Source of the DNA: Rhodospirillales bacterium
GTDB lineage: Bacteria; Pseudomonadota; Alphaproteobacteria; Rhodospirillales; JANQFP01
Direction: 5' to 3'
Assembly: GCA_028277795.1 (NCBI GenBank)
Contig: JANQFP010000208.1
Location: forward strand, 3,751 to 67,750
DNA length: 64,000 bases
The number at the start of each line of letters is the position of its first letter. Within the stretch, counting starts at the first letter, position 1. Positions 27,391 to 36,318 of this stretch are shown here, in pieces. The notes under the pieces are model-generated. The model saw only the letters and a program-made list of their open reading frames with translations. It had not been told where the DNA came from and searched no databases. The translations under genes were made by a program, and so were the position numbers.

Positions 27391-27517
27391 GGCTGCGCCG
27401 CGCGTTCGCCGCGCGCCATCCCGTGAATGGGCGAGGGGACCGCGAGGTCCCCTCGTGCCATGCGGGCGGAGACCTGGGGCCGCACCGGGAACCGAGACGG
27501 CGGATTCGGGACGATCG

Positions 27518-27847
27518 ATGAGCGAAAGAGCCGTTTTCAGGTTGTTCATCGCCGGCGATACGCCGCAATCGCGGAACGCAGTGGCCACCCTGCGACGCAT
27601 CGGCGAAACCGAGCTTGCCGGCAACTGCCAACTGGAGATCATCGATGTCCTCGAGGACCCCTGGGCGGCCGAGCGGGAGAAGGTGCTGGCGACCCCCGCC
27701 CTGATCAAGCTCGCGCCGCCTCCGGCGCGGCGACTGGTTGGCGACATGGCCGATATCCCGGGCCTGCTGTGGACCCTGGACATCGGGATTCCGGCGGCGG
27801 AAGGCGCCGACAGGGGGGCATCACGGCGGTCGCGGGGGACAACGTGA
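27518..27847 (+). CDS. kaiB: KaiB-like protein (thioredoxin-fold circadian clock protein homolog), orphan
   Basis: FRLFIAGDTPQSRNAVATLRRI..LEIIDVLEDPWAAEREKVLATPALIKLAPPPARRLVGDM aligns motif for motif with cyanobacterial KaiB (LYVAGNTPNS...IDVL..P..AE..KILATPTL.K..P.P.RRIIGDL). The ATG at 27518 is preferred. Confidence 0.85.
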   Translation: MSERAVFRLFIAGDTPQSRNAVATLRRIGETELAGNCQLEIIDVLEDPWAAEREKVLATPALIKLAPPPARRLVGDMADIPGLLWTLDIGIPAAEGADRGASRRSRGTT

Positions 27848-27916
27848 CGGCGAATTTTGGACGGCGGCGTCGCCGATGCCGTGATAAACTTCCGTGTTCG
27901 ACAGGAGGCATGGACG

Positions 27917-29671
27917 ATGATCGTTGAATTGCGGACGGTGTTGGCCGCGGCCCTTCTCGCCGGGCTGCTCGGAGTGGCCGCGGCGGATGCCGCGGGGCGC
28001 TTCCCGCCCGAGGTGGAGGCCAGTCTGGAGCGCGCCGACGCCCTCATCAAGATCGAGCAACTGGAAGAGGCTCTGGCCGTTCTGAAGTCCATAGAGACCG
28101 AGGACTCCGCGGTCGACGCCCGCATCGAGACCCTGCTCGGCAAGATTTATCTGCGCATCGCCAAGCCGGCGAAGGCCCTCGACCTGTTCGAGCATGCCAG
28201 CTTCAACACCCTCGACGATGCCGAGCCCCACCTGGGCATGGCCCAGGCCGCAATGGCGATGGGCAACCTGAAGCGGGCGCGGCGCCAGGCGAACATGGCC
28301 CTGCGGACCGATCCCGACTTGACCGAGGCGCACCTGGTGATCGCCCTCATCGACGACCGCAGCGGCAAAGTCGAGGAGGCGCACGGCCGTTTCCTCGAGT
28401 TGCGGCGCCACCAGCCGGACAACGAGGAAGTGGTGGTGGCCTACGGCCGGTTCCTGGCCGAGCGCGAGGGACTGGGCGAGGCGTCGCGGCTGCTCACCGG
28501 CTATATCGACCGGCATCCCTTCGCCCCCGAGGCCAGTGACCTGCTGGGTCAGCTCTACTGGCGGGCCGGCGGTCGCGTCGAGGACGCGCTGAGGTACCGG
28601 GCCGCCGCCGCCAAGGCGTTCGAACTCCAAGGGAACCACTACCGGGCGGAGGGCCTGCGCGATTGGCTCGCCGCCAACGATCCCAGCGGCCGCTTCAGCG
28701 GCCAGCCCGCGCCGGAGCCGAAAAAGACGACCCCGCCGCCGGCGAAACCCGAAGCCAAGCCGCCGGCCGCGCCGACGCCGCCGCAGCCGGTGACCCAGCC
28801 GCCGCGGCCGGCGCCGGCCCCGCCGCCGAAGACGCAGACGGCGAAGGTGCAACCGAAGGACCCGGTTCCGCCGCCAGGGGTGCAGAGCCCCAGGGCACGG
28901 CCGGACAGGCCGGCCCGGCCCGCTCCGCAGGTCACTCCGAAACCGGCCCCGGCGCCGCAGCCGGTGGCCGCGGTCATGCCGCGCCACACGGTCCTCAAGC
29001 GGCCGGAGCCATTGCCTCTCAGGCCCGGTTCCAAGTTCAAGAGCGGCAGCGGCTTCGTGGTCGACGGCGGGCGCCGGGTGGTCACCAACCGGCACGTCAT
29101 CGACGGCATGAGCCGGGTGGTGGTGCGCAGCGGCACCGGCGAGGTCCGCCACGCCAAGGTCGCCGCCATCGCGCCCAACGACGACCTGGCCGTCCTTGAT
29201 CTGGCCAAGGCGTTCCCTGCCTCCTATGCGGTGCCGTTTTCGGCCATGTCCGATCCGTCGCCCGGGCGGGCGGCGGTGGTGATGGGGTATCCGATGATGG
29301 GCATCCTGGGATCGCGCCAACCGTCGCTCACCGAGGGCATCGTCAGCAAGTCGAGCGGCATGGGCGACGACCCCAACACCTTCTTCATCACGTCCAAGAT
29401 GAACAAGGGCAACAGCGGCGGCCCCATCTTCGACCGGCGCGGCAACCTGATCGGCGTCGCCGTGGCCAAGCTCGACGCCCTCGACGTCTACGAAAAGAAG
29501 GGCTACATGCCCGAGGACGTCAACGTGGGGATCAAGGCCAACCGCGTCCTGCGTTTCCTCAAGCGGCCGGCCAAGCCGAGAGAGGGCCAGGCCGTGGCCG
29601 ACGCCGCGCTGGAGGACCTCTATCAGGGCATGTTGGCACGGGTGGTGCTGGTGGTCGGCGAAGTGAAATGA
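27917..29671 (+). CDS. Exported TPR-repeat / Pro-rich linker / trypsin-like (S1, PF13365-type) serine protease
   Basis: The ATG at 27917 lies 9 nt after AGGAGG. The signal peptide is MIVELRTVLAAALLAGLLGVAAADA. TPR repeats and a ~110-aa Pro-rich linker follow. The catalytic triad context is TNRHVIDG, NDDLAVLDL and KGNSGGPIF. Confidence 0.85.
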   Translation: MIVELRTVLAAALLAGLLGVAAADAAGRFPPEVEASLERADALIKIEQLEEALAVLKSIETEDSAVDARIETLLGKIYLRIAKPAKALDLFEHASFNTLDDAEPHLGMAQAAMAMGNLKRARRQANMALRTDPDLTEAHLVIALIDDRSGKVEEAHGRFLELRRHQPDNEEVVVAYGRFLAEREGLGEASRLLTGYIDRHPFAPEASDLLGQLYWRAGGRVEDALRYRAAAAKAFELQGNHYRAEGLRDWLAANDPSGRFSGQPAPEPKKTTPPPAKPEAKPPAAPTPPQPVTQPPRPAPAPPPKTQTAKVQPKDPVPPPGVQSPRARPDRPARPAPQVTPKPAPAPQPVAAVMPRHTVLKRPEPLPLRPGSKFKSGSGFVVDGGRRVVTNRHVIDGMSRVVVRSGTGEVRHAKVAAIAPNDDLAVLDLAKAFPASYAVPFSAMSDPSPGRAAVVMGYPMMGILGSRQPSLTEGIVSKSSGMGDDPNTFFITSKMNKGNSGGPIFDRRGNLIGVAVAKLDALDVYEKKGYMPEDVNVGIKANRVLRFLKRPAKPREGQAVADAALEDLYQGMLARVVLVVGEVK

Positions 29672-30492
29672 TTCGTCCGTCTCGGCTGATGCCGCCGCTT
29701 CTCGCGGTGGGCCTTCTGTTGTCGGCGCCGGCCGTGGCGGCCTGGTCGGCCGGCGTCGGCGAATGGATCTTCGGCCCCGACATGTCGGAGCGGGAAGCCT
29801 GCCTGCGGGCCGAAAGCAAGGCCAAGGAATCGGCCCTGCGCAAGGTCACCGGCGAGGCCATGTCGTCGGAGGACCTGATGGTCTGCCGGGAGCAGGGGGA
29901 CGACGCCCAGTGCCGCATGAACCGTATCACCTGGAGCATGATCGACGGCAACATCCGGGACGTGCGGAACGTCCGCAAGGAACGCCGTCCCGGGCCCCAG
30001 GGGGCGCTGTTGTGCCGGGTCAGCCTGGAGGTCAACGTGGACGTCGGTCAGGGGCGTCCCGACCCCAACTTCGATATGGCGGTGCGGCTCAACCGCCGCA
30101 CCCTGCGCCACGGGGACCCCATGGAGATCGAGGTGATCCCGACCCAGCCCATGTACGTCAGCGTGTTCCAATGGCTGCCCTACGAGAAGGCCGAGCGCCA
30201 GATCATGCGCATCTTTCCCAATCCCTACGACCAGAGGAACCTGTTCCAGGGACGGGCGACCGTTCCCACCGCGGCCGGCCGGCAGGCCTACGACCTCTAC
30301 GTGGGCTTTCCCCAGGGCTTGGCCGACTCCAGGACCATGGTCGACGAGTACCTGATGGTGATCGGCACCAAGGATCAGGTCCGTTTCCGCGAGACCTATT
30401 CGCTGCACGAGTTCACCGCCCGCCTTCTGGAGATTCCCCGCCAGGAATGGCGGCGGGTGCGCAAGGCCTACAACGTGGTGAGGTCGGAATGA
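29668..30492 (+). CDS. Exported DUF4384-domain protein
   Basis: The signal peptide is MIRPSRLMPPLLAVGLLLSAPAVAA. The C-terminal part is DUF4384-like (LRHGDPMEIEVIPTQPMYVSVFQWLPY...IFPN). The start overlaps the upstream stop (ATGA). Confidence 0.6.
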   Translation: MIRPSRLMPPLLAVGLLLSAPAVAAWSAGVGEWIFGPDMSEREACLRAESKAKESALRKVTGEAMSSEDLMVCREQGDDAQCRMNRITWSMIDGNIRDVRNVRKERRPGPQGALLCRVSLEVNVDVGQGRPDPNFDMAVRLNRRTLRHGDPMEIEVIPTQPMYVSVFQWLPYEKAERQIMRIFPNPYDQRNLFQGRATVPTAAGRQAYDLYVGFPQGLADSRTMVDEYLMVIGTKDQVRFRETYSLHEFTARLLEIPRQEWRRVRKAYNVVRSE

Positions 30493-32162
30493 GGACGCGA
30501 ACCGGCGCCGCCATCGGCATCGCCGCCCTGTGCGGACTGATCGCCGCCTGCGAGAAACCCACCTACCACGATCAGGGCCTCGAGGAGCAGGGCCTGGAGA
30601 ACCCCTTCTCCAAGGTGGTCTTCCAGGTCCACGACGCATACAAGGCCAACCCGCCGGAGTGCGTCGCCGTGCTGCCCTTCGAGATCGGGCCCGGCGAGGA
30701 GGAGGCAGATCCGGAGGCGGCACCCGAGGCGGAAGGCGAGGGATCCGCCGAGCCCGCGGCCGAGCCGCCCACCGAGGTCGCCACCGACGAGCAGGGAAAT
30801 CCGTTGACCGGCGACGTGACAGCCGAGGAGGCGGAGGCGGTGCGCCGCGCCTTCTATGCCCACCTGTCGCCCCAGGGCAAGCGGGACGTGGAGATCCCCC
30901 GCATCGATTTCGTCCTCAACCGGATTCCCGATGAGCACCGGCAAGACCTGGTGACCGTGGCCTCCAATCTGAACTGCGATTCGGTGATCGTGGGGCGGGT
31001 CACCGAGTACGGCGCCCAGTTCGTCGGCGTCTATTCGCGGATCGGCGTCGGCGCGGACCTGAAGATGGTGCGGGCCGAGGACGGCGCCGTGCTGTGGGAG
31101 GGCCGGCATCTGGCGCAGAGTCATGGGGGCTCGGTGCCGCTGTCGCCCATAGGGCTGGCCATGGGCATCCTCTCGGCGGCGTTCAACCTGGACGAGGAAC
31201 AGGAGCTGCGGGTGGTCGACGACCTGACCCGGCGCCTGGTGAAGACCATCCCCGACGACCGGCTGTCGGTCCTCGATACCCCGTTCACCACGGTCAAGGT
31301 GATGCCCCGCCGCGGCGACGAGGGTGCCAAGGTGGCGGGAGCCGGCGCCGGCGCCGGCGGCGACGCCGCCCAGCCGGCTCCGGCCGACGTTGCCGGCGAC
31401 GTCGGGGTCGGCCTGACCACCGTGGCCGACACGGTGGTGCTCAGCTCCGAGCACCTGGGGCCGGTGGAGGACGCGGCGGCCGCCCGGGCCTTCATCGAGT
31501 CGCTGGCCGCCGAGCCCAGGGAGCAAAGGGTGTCGGCCCTGGTCGAGGCGGCCGAGTCCTACCGGTTCGACGACGAGGGCACCGAGCTGGTGCACCGCAC
31601 GCTCATCGAATGGGCGCCGGACGACCCGTCCCATTCCATGCGCTTCGCCGAGCACCTGGTCGGCAAGGGCGATTACGACGGCGCGCTTCAGGTGGCCGAG
31701 CAGTCCCTGGCCGCCCATCGGGACGACCACGCCATGCATTACCTCAAGGCGCGGGTGCAGATCAAACTGGGCCAGCTCGACGCCGCCGACCAGTCCATCG
31801 TCCAGGCCGTCGCCCTGTCCGACAACGAGCCCAGTTACCTGAACGGCCTGGGCTACGTGAACTCGCTGAGGGGCAATGCCGAGCGGGCGCTGGCCGCCTA
31901 TCGCATGGCCCTTGATCGCGACCCCGCCAACGGCTACGCCTACTACAACATGGGCGTGACTCTTTATAATCTCGAAGACATTCCGGGCGCCGCGGAAGCG
32001 TTCTATGGTGCCGGTCTGGCCTATCTGAAGACCGGGGACTACGGTCAGGCGGAAAAGGCCCTGGAGGATCTCAAAGACCTCGCCGCCCAGGGGATTGATG
32101 CGGGCGAGGAAATCAAGACTCTGGAAGACGCCCTGGAGTCGCTGACAAGAGGGGTGAGCTGA
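30489..32162 (+). CDS. Lipoprotein with a DUF799 (GNA1162-like) domain carrying an acidic insertion, fused to C-terminal TPR repeats
   Basis: The lipobox is LIAAC. The DUF799-like core contains AVLPFEI...DSVIVGRVTEYG...ADLKMVRAEDGAVLWEG. An acidic E/A/P insertion lies at about 30700-30830. The C-terminal TPRs include ALAAYRMALDRDPANGYAYYNMGVTLYNLEDIPGAAEAFYGAG. The start has an ATGA overlap with the upstream gene. Confidence 0.65.
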   Translation: MRTRTGAAIGIAALCGLIAACEKPTYHDQGLEEQGLENPFSKVVFQVHDAYKANPPECVAVLPFEIGPGEEEADPEAAPEAEGEGSAEPAAEPPTEVATDEQGNPLTGDVTAEEAEAVRRAFYAHLSPQGKRDVEIPRIDFVLNRIPDEHRQDLVTVASNLNCDSVIVGRVTEYGAQFVGVYSRIGVGADLKMVRAEDGAVLWEGRHLAQSHGGSVPLSPIGLAMGILSAAFNLDEEQELRVVDDLTRRLVKTIPDDRLSVLDTPFTTVKVMPRRGDEGAKVAGAGAGAGGDAAQPAPADVAGDVGVGLTTVADTVVLSSEHLGPVEDAAAARAFIESLAAEPREQRVSALVEAAESYRFDDEGTELVHRTLIEWAPDDPSHSMRFAEHLVGKGDYDGALQVAEQSLAAHRDDHAMHYLKARVQIKLGQLDAADQSIVQAVALSDNEPSYLNGLGYVNSLRGNAERALAAYRMALDRDPANGYAYYNMGVTLYNLEDIPGAAEAFYGAGLAYLKTGDYGQAEKALEDLKDLAAQGIDAGEEIKTLEDALESLTRGVS

Positions 32163-32163
32163 G

Positions 32164-32766
32164 ATGAAGACCTTCGATCAGATTTCCGGACCGGCCGCGC
32201 TGGTCGGAACCATCGTGCTGGCCGCCGGGCTCATGGCCGGCTGCGCGACCCCGCCACCGGGATCGCCCGAGCAGAAGGCGGAGGCGGTGGAGGAGAGCGT
32301 GGTCGACATGCCGGAGTGGTTCGTGTCCCTGCCGACGGACGAAAACCACGTCTATTCGGCCGGCACGTCCACCTCGTCCAATCTGCAGCTCGCCAAGGAC
32401 AAGGCGGTCATGAGCGCCAAGCGGACCCTGGCGGATTCGCTGAACGGCAGGCTCAGCAGCAAGATGAAGAGCTTCCTCTCGGAAAGCACGGTCGGCGAGG
32501 ACACCGAGGCCATCGAGGAGGTCGAGCGGGTCACCACCAACCTGATCACCGAGACCAACGTGTCGGGCTACAGCGTCAAGCAGTCCAAGTTCCTGTCTCA
32601 GGGCAAGATGTTCCGCGCTTACGTGCTGCTCGAGTACCCGGTCGGCAAGGCCAACCGCATCCTGGTCGACCAGGTGAAGAAAAACCGGGTGCTCAGCGCG
32701 CGTTTGCGCAGCTCCAAGGCGTTCAAGGACCTGGAGGACGAGATCAAGGCGGCCCGCCAGCGTTGA
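32164..32766 (+). CDS. LPP20-family lipoprotein
   Basis: The lipobox is LMAGC. The core is LPP20-like (PEWFVSLPTDENHVYSAGTSTSSNLQLAKDKAVMSAKRTLADSL...FRAYVLLEYP). Confidence 0.7.
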   Translation: MKTFDQISGPAALVGTIVLAAGLMAGCATPPPGSPEQKAEAVEESVVDMPEWFVSLPTDENHVYSAGTSTSSNLQLAKDKAVMSAKRTLADSLNGRLSSKMKSFLSESTVGEDTEAIEEVERVTTNLITETNVSGYSVKQSKFLSQGKMFRAYVLLEYPVGKANRILVDQVKKNRVLSARLRSSKAFKDLEDEIKAARQR

Positions 32767-32790
32767 GGCGGTCCGGCGGGGGAGGATGAG

Positions 32791-33273
32791 ATGGTGAAAC
32801 GTCGTTCGTATCGGTGGGCGATCGCAGTGCCGGTGCTGCTGTGCCTGGCGGCCGGAGTGGCGCCGGCGGACGAACCCAAGTGGCTGATCACGCCGGAGGA
32901 GGTGGCCCAGGTCACGCGCGGCGGAAGCTACGACTTCAAGACCCTGGTGTCGGCCGAAGAGGGGCCGGGGCCCGAGATCGTGCTCAAGAACCCCAGGGCC
33001 CTGTCGCGGGTGGTCTCACCCGTCGACATCCACGTCAAGTTCGAGCCCGGCGACAGCGGCGAGCCACCCGACATGGGCAGTCTCGAGGTCACCCTGGTGG
33101 GCTTCATCGACATCGACATCACCGACCGCGTGCGCGAGTACGTCAAGGGGAACGATCTGGGCATCCAGGCGGCGCCCCTGCCCAGCGGCCGCCACCGCAT
33201 CCGGATGGCCATCAAGGATGTGAAGGGCAACCCCAACGAGCGCGACGTGGTGGTCCGGGTCGTCGACGAATGA
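32791..33273 (+). CDS. Exported hypothetical protein (beta-rich, Ig-like?)
   Basis: The signal peptide is MVKRRSYRWAIAVPVLLCLAAGVAPA. I recognise no domain. It is coupled to the next gene by an ATGA overlap. Confidence 0.5.
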   Translation: MVKRRSYRWAIAVPVLLCLAAGVAPADEPKWLITPEEVAQVTRGGSYDFKTLVSAEEGPGPEIVLKNPRALSRVVSPVDIHVKFEPGDSGEPPDMGSLEVTLVGFIDIDITDRVREYVKGNDLGIQAAPLPSGRHRIRMAIKDVKGNPNERDVVVRVVDE

Positions 33274-34574
33274 GCATCCGCCGTCCATATCGTCTACCCA
33301 AGTGGGCAGTGGCTGCACCGCTGCTGGTAGCGGCGATGGCCGTGGCCGGCTGCGAGAACCCGGACCAGGCGGCCCGCCAGGTCGACCAGTTGGCCGAGGG
33401 CATCAAGCAGATCGGGCGCGCGCTGGCGGTGAAGAATCCGCAAGTGGAGCCGACCAAGAAAGAGGTGGAGGGGCGCGAGTTCCGGGTCGACGTGTCGGAG
33501 AAGTGGGAGGGCGAATACACCATCCGCGTGGTCGACACCGCCTCGGTCATCTTCCGCCCGGACTCCGAGGCGGTCCAGGAGCCCCGCCGCAAGGCCATGG
33601 AGAAAGCCATCGCCGAAACCTGCCCCTATGGCGTCAAGAAGGTGCGCAAGGAGCGGACCCAGGCCGCCAACACCATGATCGCCACCGTCCAGTGCCTGCG
33701 ATCCGACGAGCCCCAGATCGCCCGCCGGCCCGGTCTCGGCGACACCGCGGCCCGCGGCCGGAAGTTGTCGGAGAAGGCTTTGGCGCTGGACTACCCGAAA
33801 GGCGAGAAGCGTGCCGACGACATCGCGGTGATCATCGGCAACGCCGACTACACCACCGAAGGCAAGGACATCCCCGACGTGGTGCCGGCCTATGCCGATG
33901 CCGAGAGCTTCAAGATGTACGCCCAGAGCACCCTCGGCATCAGCAAGGACAACATCATCTTCATGAGGGACGCCACGCAGGCCGACCTGATCTCCACCTT
34001 CGGCAGCGAGGACGACCACCGGGGCCAGCTCTTCAACTGGGTGGAGCCGGACGTCTCCAACGTGTGGGTGTACTACTCGGGCCACGGGGCGCCCGGCGAC
34101 AAGACCGGCGACAGCTACCTGGTCCCGGCCGACGCCCAGGCGACCATGATCCAACTCAACGGCTATCCGCTCAGGCGGCTCTACCGCAACCTGAGCAAGC
34201 TCCCCGCGAAGTCGGTGACGGTGGTCTTGGAGGCGTGTTTCTCGGGCGCCAGCGCCGGCGGCTCGGTGATCAGCAACGCCTCGCCCATCTACCTCAAGGC
34301 CAAGGAGACCGGGGTCCCGGCCAACGTCACCGTGGTCGCCGCCGGCACCGCCAACCAGATCGCCTCGTGGGAAGAGGACAAGTCCAACGGCCTGTTCACC
34401 AAATACTTCCTCAAGGGCATGGCCGGCGAGGCCGACGAAAGCCCCTACGGCGACGGCAACGGGACGGTGGCGTGGTCCGAGCTGGAGGCCTTCCTCAAGC
34501 GCACGCTGACCCGATCGGCGCGGCGTATCTACGGTCGCGATCAGACGGCGCAAATCGTCGTCGCCGGCCATTGA
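33270..34574 (+). CDS. Lipoprotein with a caspase-like (peptidase C14) domain
   Basis: The lipobox is AVAGC. The caspase His-Cys dyad context is VWVYYSGHGAP and VVLEACFSGAS. The N-terminal ~170 aa match no domain I recognise. The track ORF beginning at 32814 is a run-on. Confidence 0.8.
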   Translation: MSIRRPYRLPKWAVAAPLLVAAMAVAGCENPDQAARQVDQLAEGIKQIGRALAVKNPQVEPTKKEVEGREFRVDVSEKWEGEYTIRVVDTASVIFRPDSEAVQEPRRKAMEKAIAETCPYGVKKVRKERTQAANTMIATVQCLRSDEPQIARRPGLGDTAARGRKLSEKALALDYPKGEKRADDIAVIIGNADYTTEGKDIPDVVPAYADAESFKMYAQSTLGISKDNIIFMRDATQADLISTFGSEDDHRGQLFNWVEPDVSNVWVYYSGHGAPGDKTGDSYLVPADAQATMIQLNGYPLRRLYRNLSKLPAKSVTVVLEACFSGASAGGSVISNASPIYLKAKETGVPANVTVVAAGTANQIASWEEDKSNGLFTKYFLKGMAGEADESPYGDGNGTVAWSELEAFLKRTLTRSARRIYGRDQTAQIVVAGH

Positions 34575-34605
34575 CCGCGTCCGCGGCCGGGGCGGCCCGG
34601 CACCT

Positions 34606-36108
34606 ATGACCCAGCGGAGGAGCAGGCCGGGGCGGCCCGTGGCGGCGGGATTGTGGCCGGTCGCGGCGACCCTGCTGTCGCTGGTGCTGTCGGTCCATGC
34701 CGGCCAGGCCGCCGGGGGACCCATGCCGCCGCGGCCCTACTACGTCACGCCTTGGGCCTTCGTGCCGGTGGCATCGGCGTCGCCCAATCTATCGCGTGCC
34801 CTGTTCGCCTACGAGCGCCGCATCGACCGGCGCGCAAAGCCGACCGAGGTGCGGCGCTACAAACGCCTGTTCAAGGCGGTCTTCGAGCGGGTGCGCATGG
34901 ACTACGTGATCGCCGCCGACCCGGCCAAGCTGGTCGCCGCCGCCATCGGCGGCATGGACCAGGCGGTGGCCGGCGGCGGCGACAGATCGGCGCGGGCGGT
35001 GATGGAGGCGGGCCTGGCGGCCATGCTGACCTCCCTGGACCCCCATTCCGAGTACCTCAGCCCCGAAGACCTGCGGGATATCCGCGCCCAGAGCCGCGGC
35101 CGCTTCGCCGGCCTCGGCGTGGAGATCACCCTGGACGGCGGGCTGGTGCGGGTGATCTCGCCCATAGACGGCACCCCGGCCCACCGGGCCGGCATCCGCG
35201 CCGGCGACCGCATCACCCACCTGGACGGACAGCCGGTGCGCGGACTGACCCTGGCCCAGGCCGTCAAACGCATGCGCGGACGCAAGGGCACGGCCATCCG
35301 TCTCACCGTGCAACGGCCCGGGCAGCCGCCCTTCGACGTCACCGTGGTCCGCGACATCGTCAACGTCCGCGCCGTCCGCTCCCGCCTCGAAGGCCAGGTC
35401 GGCTACCTGCGGGTGACCGTGTTCAATCAGGCGACCGCGCCCAAGGTGATGCAGGCCGTCGAAGGTTTTCGCCGCCAGGCCGGCCCCCGCCTGCGGGGCC
35501 TGGTGCTCGACCTGCGCAGCAACCCGGGGGGCCTTCTCGATCAGGCCGTCGCCGTGGCCGACACCTTCCTGCCCGGCGGCGTCATCGTCAGCGCTCGTGC
35601 CCGGCGCGCCGCCGACAACCAGCAGTACCGGTCGGTGCGTGGCGACCTTACCGGCGGCCTGCCGCTGGTGGTACTGGTCAACGGCGGCTCGGCGTCGTCG
35701 GCCGAGATCGTCGCCGCGGCCCTGCAGGACCACCGGCGGGCGGCCATCCTGGGCAGCCGCTCCTTCGGCAAGGGCTCGGTGCAGACCGTGTTCCCGGTGG
35801 GCGGTCATGGCGCCGTGCGCCTGACCACCGCCATCTACTACACGCCCGCGGACCGGGCCCTGCAGAAGACGGGCATCGTGCCCGACGTGATCATCGCCAC
35901 CGAGGCCGAGGCCGACCGCAAGCGCGAGTCCGACCTGCCGGGCGCCCTGCCGGCCGCCGGCAACGCCCACGCGGCCTCGCGCGTCACCATTTCCGAGGAC
36001 CGCTGTCCGGCGGTGGGCGCCGATGCGGACCGGGTGCTCGGCTGCGCCCTGGCGTACCTGCGTGCGCCCAGCCCCGCCGCGTTCATCGACGCGGTCAACC
36101 GTCGGTAA
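34606..36108 (+). CDS. C-terminal processing peptidase (S41, PDZ-containing)
   Basis: A signal peptide is present. The PDZ domain contains GLGVEITLDGGLVRVISPIDGTPAHRAGIRAGDRI. The S41 core contains LVLDLRSNPGGLL, NGGSASSAEIVAAAL and GKGSVQT. Confidence 0.9.
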   Translation: MTQRRSRPGRPVAAGLWPVAATLLSLVLSVHAGQAAGGPMPPRPYYVTPWAFVPVASASPNLSRALFAYERRIDRRAKPTEVRRYKRLFKAVFERVRMDYVIAADPAKLVAAAIGGMDQAVAGGGDRSARAVMEAGLAAMLTSLDPHSEYLSPEDLRDIRAQSRGRFAGLGVEITLDGGLVRVISPIDGTPAHRAGIRAGDRITHLDGQPVRGLTLAQAVKRMRGRKGTAIRLTVQRPGQPPFDVTVVRDIVNVRAVRSRLEGQVGYLRVTVFNQATAPKVMQAVEGFRRQAGPRLRGLVLDLRSNPGGLLDQAVAVADTFLPGGVIVSARARRAADNQQYRSVRGDLTGGLPLVVLVNGGSASSAEIVAAALQDHRRAAILGSRSFGKGSVQTVFPVGGHGAVRLTTAIYYTPADRALQKTGIVPDVIIATEAEADRKRESDLPGALPAAGNAHAASRVTISEDRCPAVGADADRVLGCALAYLRAPSPAAFIDAVNRR

Positions 36109-36129
36109 TCTGCGATCGGAGTGGCCGGC

Positions 36130-36318
36130 TCAGCCCGAGGCGCCGTCGGGGGCCTCGTCGCCCTCGTCGGCCACGTCCGCCTCCGGCACCGGGGTGGCGG
36201 GCCGGCACGGGGCGGGTGCCCGCGGGGGTGGCGCAGCCGCCTTGTCGGCGCGCCGCGAGCTGGGATGGATGCGGAGCACAGGGCCGGCACAGGGTTCGGG
36301 GGGTTTGGTGTCGTTCAT
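36130..36318 (-). CDS. Possible small acidic Pro-rich protein (62 aa)
   Basis: The only support is an ATG start and about 85% GC at third codon positions. I see no homology and no clear RBS. Confidence 0.25.
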   Translation of the reverse strand: MNDTKPPEPCAGPVLRIHPSSRRADKAAAPPPRAPAPCRPATPVPEADVADEGDEAPDGASG

